From Candidatus Woesearchaeota archaeon (GTDB lineage: Archaea; Nanobdellota; Nanobdellia; SCGC-AAA011-G17; JACPIM01), in the NCBI GenBank assembly GCA_964603525.1, contig CAZRVI010000001.1, forward strand, positions 749 to 64,748: a stretch of DNA of 64,000 bases. Reading direction: 5' to 3'. The translations under genes and the position numbers were made by a program. The stretch's first letter is position 1. Every line of letters starts with the position of its first letter. Below the pieces are notes generated by a model. The model was not told the DNA's origin, ran no database searches, and saw only the letters and a list, made by a program, of their open reading frames with translations. This document shows, piece after piece, positions 58,961 through 64,000 of the stretch.

Positions 58961-59530
58961 ATGGTCTCGCCATTAGGAATAGCTATGAATTTCTTAGAGA
59001 AGTTTGGTTTTTTTGATGTTGTCCTACCTTTTTTGCTTGTATTTACATTGGTTTTTGCTATTCTAGAAAAGACAAAAATACTTGGAACTGAAAAAGTTAA
59101 AGGCGAGGTTGTTCCTAGAAGAAGCATTAATTCCATGGCTGCATTTGCGATAGCAATGTTTGTTACAGCTGCTTCACAAATTGTTGAAATATTAAAACAG
59201 GCATTGCCTATGATAATTTTAGTTTTAATTGCATTAATTAGTTTTATGATGTTGGCTGGAAGTTTGTTAGGGAGTAAAGAATTTAGTTTTGAGAAAAATA
59301 GGGGATGGAAAATATTTTTAACAGTAGTTTTATTTATTTCTATAGTTCTAATATTTATGGGTGTAATAAAACATGAGTCTGGTGATACATGGTTAAAAAT
59401 TGTTTGGGATTATATTGTTGAAAATTGGGCATCTGGTCCTTTGATTTCATCTATTATTTTTTTAGCAGTTATAATTTTAGTTATATATTTCGTTGTAAAA
59501 CCTTCAGGAGGTAAAACAGAAACAGGATAA
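58961..59530 (+). CDS. 4-TM membrane protein, paralog 1 of 3 (unknown family)
   Basis: Shared N-terminal signature LEKFGFFDVVLPFLLVFTLVFAILEKTKILG. Confidence 0.4.
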   Translation: MVSPLGIAMNFLEKFGFFDVVLPFLLVFTLVFAILEKTKILGTEKVKGEVVPRRSINSMAAFAIAMFVTAASQIVEILKQALPMIILVLIALISFMMLAGSLLGSKEFSFEKNRGWKIFLTVVLFISIVLIFMGVIKHESGDTWLKIVWDYIVENWASGPLISSIIFLAVIILVIYFVVKPSGGKTETG

Positions 59531-60090
59531 TGGCAATAGATTTTGGTAATGTTTTTATGGAATTAGAAGCAATGGGTTTGTTTGATGTTATGCTGCCTTT
59601 TCTGTTGGTTTTTAGTATAGTGTTTTCTGTTATTAATAAGACAAAGATATTTGGTGATAGAAAAGGAGTGGATGTTGTTGTGGCATTGGTTTTATCTTTT
59701 TTAGCTGTTAGAAGCGAGTTTTTTGTTGGATTAATGAAAAGTTTTTTGCCTAATGTAGCAATGTTTATGATAATAATTTTAATGTTTTTAATGATGCTTG
59801 GGATTTTTGCAGGTGAGAAAAAGGAATGGAAGGGTGTTGCTTTTGGTTTAGGAGCATTTGTTTCATTTATTTTTATTTTATTTTCTTTATTATTTGACTA
59901 TACAGCTAATTATGTTGAATTTCCTTACTGGTTAAGAGATTTGTTTTATGGTATGGATGATAGGACAAAAGGGATTATATTGTTTGTGGGTGTGTTAGTG
60001 ATTGTTATATGGATTGCAACAAGGGAGAAACCTAGTGATGGAAGTGAAGGATGGGTAGATAGATTGCTTAAAGGAATGAGTGGAAAATAA
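59530..60090 (+). CDS. 4-TM membrane protein, paralog 2 of 3
   Basis: LEAMGLFDVMLPFLLVFSIVFSVINKTKIFG. Its start overlaps the previous stop (TAATG). Confidence 0.4.
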   Translation: MAIDFGNVFMELEAMGLFDVMLPFLLVFSIVFSVINKTKIFGDRKGVDVVVALVLSFLAVRSEFFVGLMKSFLPNVAMFMIIILMFLMMLGIFAGEKKEWKGVAFGLGAFVSFIFILFSLLFDYTANYVEFPYWLRDLFYGMDDRTKGIILFVGVLVIVIWIATREKPSDGSEGWVDRLLKGMSGK

Positions 60091-60098
60091 GATCAAAA

Positions 60099-60629
60099 AT
60101 GGCATCACCATTTGCTTCAGGAGTTGCATCAGAATTTTTGATTACTACTTTTATTTTTATATTTATATTTGCTATTTTATATGCTTTAATTAGCAAAATT
60201 GAATTATTTGGAGAGAATAAAGCTGTTCATGTTTTAATAGCATTTTCTACTTCTTTATTAGTAATATTTATTCCGGAGACTAAAGCATTGATTAATTTTA
60301 TGACTCCTTGGTTTGTGATATTAATAATTTTGATTGTGTTTATGTTATTAGCTGTTATGGCTTTAGGTATAAAACATACAGAGATAACAGATTGGTTGAA
60401 AAATGTGAGTCCTGGTACTACGAGTGCTGTGGTGATTATTGTTTTAATTTTGTTTTTATTCGCTGTTTATAAGGTATTTGGACCTGTTTTTACTATGGCT
60501 GGTCCTGAGGAAACAGGTTTATGGGCTTCTATTACAAGGGTTGTTTTACAACCAAAGGTTTTAGGGGTAATATTTTTGTTGTTGATAGCATCCGCTGTTG
60601 TAAGGTATATTGGATTTAAAGAAAAATAA
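60099..60629 (+). CDS. 4-TM membrane protein, paralog 3 of 3
   Basis: Same topology, with a more divergent N-terminus (FIFIFAILYALISKIELFG). Confidence 0.35.
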   Translation: MASPFASGVASEFLITTFIFIFIFAILYALISKIELFGENKAVHVLIAFSTSLLVIFIPETKALINFMTPWFVILIILIVFMLLAVMALGIKHTEITDWLKNVSPGTTSAVVIIVLILFLFAVYKVFGPVFTMAGPEETGLWASITRVVLQPKVLGVIFLLLIASAVVRYIGFKEK

Positions 60630-60632
60630 AAA

Positions 60633-61247
60633 TTATTTTTTGAGTTTTGTTGTGAGCCTTTGTAATTCTTTTATGTTTGTTGTTAGTGGTTGTAATATTT
60701 TCTGTAGAGTTTTTTCTATTGCTCTTACATCTGCTCCCACAGATTTTATTGATTTATCGTATTGTGATACTTTTCCTAAAACTGCTTTATTAACTTCTTC
60801 AAATCTATGTTCTAATCTTAAAAGTTCCTGTTTGATGGAAATTATTTCTGTTCTTACTTTTTCTTTCCATAAGTTAATATCACCTATTCCTGCTGTTATT
60901 GTGTTCCATTTTTCTTCTATTATTTGTTCTATTAAAGCTTCTACCTCGTCTTTTCTAATTCTATCTATTGCTGGTGCTGCTGGATATTCTGGGTAGACTG
61001 GTGCTGGAAGAATTTCTTGTTTTGTTGGAACTGGTGAAGGTATTTGTTTCTGTTGAATGTAATCTTCTTCGTATTTTGGTGTTGATACAGGTTTTATTTC
61101 TTCTTTTTCTTTTTCATCTTCAATTTCTGTATAAGTTTTTTCTTGTTCTGGTGTGTATTCTTTAGGAACTTGTTCATCTTGGTCTAAAGCAGAAGCTGTA
61201 TAACCAGAGAGATCATTATTTTTTCTTTTTTGTTGCAAGCTTACCAC
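60633..61247 (-). CDS. Coiled-coil protein with a Pro/Glu-rich N-terminal linker
   Basis: N-terminal acidic P/E/Y-rich low-complexity segment, then heptad repeats. Confidence 0.4.
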   Translation of the reverse strand: MVSLQQKRKNNDLSGYTASALDQDEQVPKEYTPEQEKTYTEIEDEKEKEEIKPVSTPKYEEDYIQQKQIPSPVPTKQEILPAPVYPEYPAAPAIDRIRKDEVEALIEQIIEEKWNTITAGIGDINLWKEKVRTEIISIKQELLRLEHRFEEVNKAVLGKVSQYDKSIKSVGADVRAIEKTLQKILQPLTTNIKELQRLTTKLKK

Positions 61248-61605
61248 CTTTTTTTAATTTTTCATCTATTATTTTTTCTATTTCTTCTGATGTTACAAAG
61301 TTTAAGGGGTTCCATAGATTAATATACTTTTCTAAAACTTTAAGATCTTGCTTTGTAGCGAAATCTGATATTTCCTGTACTAATTTTTTTATGGTTTCTT
61401 TAAATGTTGTTAAGACTGTTTTTAAATTTTGTAATTCTTTATTTATTTTTGTGAATTCTTCTGATAGTTTTTTATGAGATTCTATCATATTTTGGTTGAT
61501 TATTAGTAGTCTTTCTGCTAGTAATTCGTATCTATTTTCTAGAGTTCTAACTCTACTGTTTAAGTCAGAAATAAAATATGAAATATCTTGCATTACCTCT
61601 GGCAT
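61216..61605 (-). CDS. Coiled-coil protein
   Basis: Heptad repeats throughout. It overlaps the downstream gene by about 30 nt. Confidence 0.4.
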   Translation of the reverse strand: MPEVMQDISYFISDLNSRVRTLENRYELLAERLLIINQNMIESHKKLSEEFTKINKELQNLKTVLTTFKETIKKLVQEISDFATKQDLKVLEKYINLWNPLNFVTSEEIEKIIDEKLKKGGKLATKKKK

Positions 61606-61701
61606 TTTAATCGAAAAGTATTTAATATTAGTATTATTTTATATTTATTAACTTTGTTATTTGGTAAGGGTTATAGAATTTTGGTTTAGAAAAGAGGGAA
61701 A

Positions 61702-63918
61702 ATGGCTGTTTGTGGTTATGAAATTAGTAGGGAAGGTGAAGAAGAGGTAATGAAGATTGATTGTAATGCTTGTTCTTATGTTCCTTCTTTAGAAAATAAT
61801 GCTATATGTATGATGAGAACTATTGATAAATTATCTGAGGTTCCGAGTGTTTCTAGGATTATTTTTAATCAGAAAAGAAATTATAGTTATAATTATGAGC
61901 AAACTCAATTGTTGGTTGAGATTGCTAATTTATATAATTTTTTAGTAAAACAGAAGAAGATATTAAGTTTAAAGGAATTTGGTTTAGATGAGAAAGCTTT
62001 GGCGAATAAGCATGGTAATATAAGATATTTGGTTTTTGGTTTGTTAAGAAGTGATCCTCTTGGTGCATATGTTGAAGCAAAAAGATTTTTAAGAGAAGCC
62101 AAGATTTCTGGTGAGACAGGAAAGTATTTAGAAATATTAAAGTATATAGTTGAGTTATTAGGTAAAACAAAGTTAGTAGGTTTAGTTAAAGAAAAATTAG
62201 CTGGTTATGTTTTAGGTAATAGAGGGCTGTATTCTGATATTTTTAGAGCAAGTATAACTCCTGATTTTATATATACAAGGTTGATGGCAAGTTTTCCTAG
62301 GGAAGCAGAGCAATTAGAGAGTTATAGTATCAAAGATATTGATATTAATATTTTTAGGATAAAAGAGGATATTAATTATTTGTATCATGTTACACCTCCT
62401 GAATTTAAGATTTCTGAGGATGAATATAAATTATTGTATTTAGCAAGAACTGTTTTAGCTGAACATAAACCTAGGGAGGAAGAATTTTTAGATCCTGAGA
62501 GGATGAGAAAAACTTTTTTGAATATTGGTAGGGATTTACTGCAAGAATTAGCAGATAGCCAGCATATTTCTATTGGTTTTTCTGAGTTGCAGGAATTAAA
62601 TAAGATTTTGGTTAGGTATACTGTTGGTTTTGGGATGTTAGAGGTTTTGTTACAGGATCCTAAAATACAGGATATTACTATAAATTCTCCTGTTGGTAGA
62701 AGTCCTGTATTTATTGTGCATGAGGATTATGGTGAATGCAAAACTAATATTATTCCTAGTGTTCCTGATGTTGAAGGATGGGCAACTAAATTTAGGTTGG
62801 TTTCTGGAAGACCTTTAGATGAAGCTAATCCTGTTTTGGATACAGAGTTAAGTGTTCCTGGAGCAAGAGCAAGAGTTGCAATTATAACTAATCCCTTAAA
62901 TCCTTATGGTCTTGCTTATGCTTTGAGAAGGCATAGAGATAAACCTTGGACTTATCCTTTATTCATTAAAAATAAGATGATTAATTCTTTAGCAGCAGGT
63001 TTAATGAGTTTTTTGATAGGAGGTGGAAGATGTATTTTATTTGCAGGTACTAGGTCAAGTGGAAAAACCTCGATGATGACTGCAAGCATGTTTGAGATTA
63101 TGAATCGGTATAGAATCATTACAGCTGAGGACACCTTGGAGATTCCTAATGAAGCTTTTAGAAAATTAGGTTATAATATACAAAGTATGAAAATGAGATC
63201 CGCTTTAGCTGTTGGGGGTACTGAAGTGCCTGCTGATGAAGCAATAAGAACAAGTTTGAGAATGGGTGATTCAAGTTTGATTGTTGGAGAGATAAGATCA
63301 GAAGAAGCTCGCGCATTATTTGAATCAATGAGGATTGGTGCATTAGCTAATGTGGTTGCAGGAACAATACATGGTGCAAGTCCTTATGCTGTTTTTGATA
63401 GGGTTGTTAATGATTTGGGTGTTCCTAGGACAAGTTTTAAAGCTACTGATGTAATTTTTATTTCAAATCCTATAAAGAGTCCTGATGGGTTGCATAAATG
63501 GAGAAGGGGTTTACAAATTGCTGAAGTAAGAAAGCACTGGGAGGAAGATCCATTAAGAGAAAAAGGTTTTGTGGATTTGATGTTATATGATCCAAAAACT
63601 GATGAGTTGAAGGTTACAGATGATTTAAAAAATGGAGAGAGCGAGGTTATAAAAGAAATTGCTGGGAATATAAAGGAATGGGCTGGCAATTGGGATGCTG
63701 TATGGGAAAATATTTTGTTAAGAGCAAAAATAAAACAGACTTTGGTTGATTATGCTAATAAGATAAATAATTTTGAGATTTTAGAAGCACCTTTTGTTGT
63801 TAAATGCAATAATATGTTTCATAGAATAAGTGATGGAGTAAGAGAAGAAGTTGGTGCTTTAGATAGCAAAATGATTTTTAAGAAATGGAATGAGTGGTTA
63901 AAAAAGGAAATTAAATGA
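61702..63918 (+). CDS. FlaI/TadA/VirB11-family secretion or type IV filament ATPase with an N-terminal extension of about 430 aa
   Basis: Has Walker A LFAGTRSSGKTS, the TAEDTLEI motif, a Walker B and GEIR box (LIVGEIRSEEA) and a His box. Confidence 0.8.
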   Translation: MAVCGYEISREGEEEVMKIDCNACSYVPSLENNAICMMRTIDKLSEVPSVSRIIFNQKRNYSYNYEQTQLLVEIANLYNFLVKQKKILSLKEFGLDEKALANKHGNIRYLVFGLLRSDPLGAYVEAKRFLREAKISGETGKYLEILKYIVELLGKTKLVGLVKEKLAGYVLGNRGLYSDIFRASITPDFIYTRLMASFPREAEQLESYSIKDIDINIFRIKEDINYLYHVTPPEFKISEDEYKLLYLARTVLAEHKPREEEFLDPERMRKTFLNIGRDLLQELADSQHISIGFSELQELNKILVRYTVGFGMLEVLLQDPKIQDITINSPVGRSPVFIVHEDYGECKTNIIPSVPDVEGWATKFRLVSGRPLDEANPVLDTELSVPGARARVAIITNPLNPYGLAYALRRHRDKPWTYPLFIKNKMINSLAAGLMSFLIGGGRCILFAGTRSSGKTSMMTASMFEIMNRYRIITAEDTLEIPNEAFRKLGYNIQSMKMRSALAVGGTEVPADEAIRTSLRMGDSSLIVGEIRSEEARALFESMRIGALANVVAGTIHGASPYAVFDRVVNDLGVPRTSFKATDVIFISNPIKSPDGLHKWRRGLQIAEVRKHWEEDPLREKGFVDLMLYDPKTDELKVTDDLKNGESEVIKEIAGNIKEWAGNWDAVWENILLRAKIKQTLVDYANKINNFEILEAPFVVKCNNMFHRISDGVREEVGALDSKMIFKKWNEWLKKEIK

Positions 63919-64000
63919 AAAAAGGAACAGAGGAAAGGATAAGAGAAATTTTAAGTAAATATAAAAAAGAATTAAGTAAAAGAATAAGTTTAGAGGCTTT
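63916..64000 (+). CDS. Start of the next ORF (partial). Its position after the ATPase suggests a membrane platform protein, but that is not supported by sequence here
   Basis: The ATG at 63916 overlaps the ATPase stop (ATGA). Only 28 codons are visible. Confidence 0.2.

Noticed and set aside
1-64000. CRISPR arrays, rRNA genes and transposase or IS elements.
   Set aside because: No regularly spaced direct repeats, no rRNA-like GC-rich structured stretches and no transposase-like ORFs were seen anywhere in the window.

Overview
This is an AT-rich (about 30% GC), densely packed archaeal chromosomal segment with frequent 4-11 nt gene overlaps, most consistent with a reduced-genome DPANN-type archaeon. 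It is dominated by information-processing genes: MetRS (partial), RFC small and large subunits, FEN-1, family-B DNA polymerase, Cdc48, RadB, a type IA topoisomerase, SerRS, Orc1/Cdc6 followed by PolD small and large subunits, TyrRS, a Hef helicase and nuclease encoded as two overlapping genes, IleRS, TBP, MCM, aIF2-beta, aIF1A, a Dim2-like KH protein and Topo VI B/A. Housekeeping genes include HtpX, MetAP, LonB, CspA, agmatinase, LigT and a Nudix/IDI-like protein. Three tRNA genes carry introns, two of them tandem at 56.6-56.9 kb and one apparently with additional non-canonical introns. The HerA-like ATPase carries a 145-aa mini-intein inside its P-loop. An AT-rich intergenic region with an ORB-like element upstream of cdc6 is a candidate oriC. 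A XerA-like recombinase lies next to an 11-6-11 dif-like palindrome. There are a SleB-like murein hydrolase gene and several apparent homopolymer frameshifts. The least-explained region is 57-64 kb, where a TraB-family protein, PRC-barrel proteins, three tandem paralogous membrane proteins, two coiled-coil proteins and a large FlaI/TadA-like secretion ATPase form a candidate cell-surface or attachment apparatus. No CRISPR array or rRNA was seen. All calls rest on motif-level reading of the supplied translations and sequence; no database search was possible.
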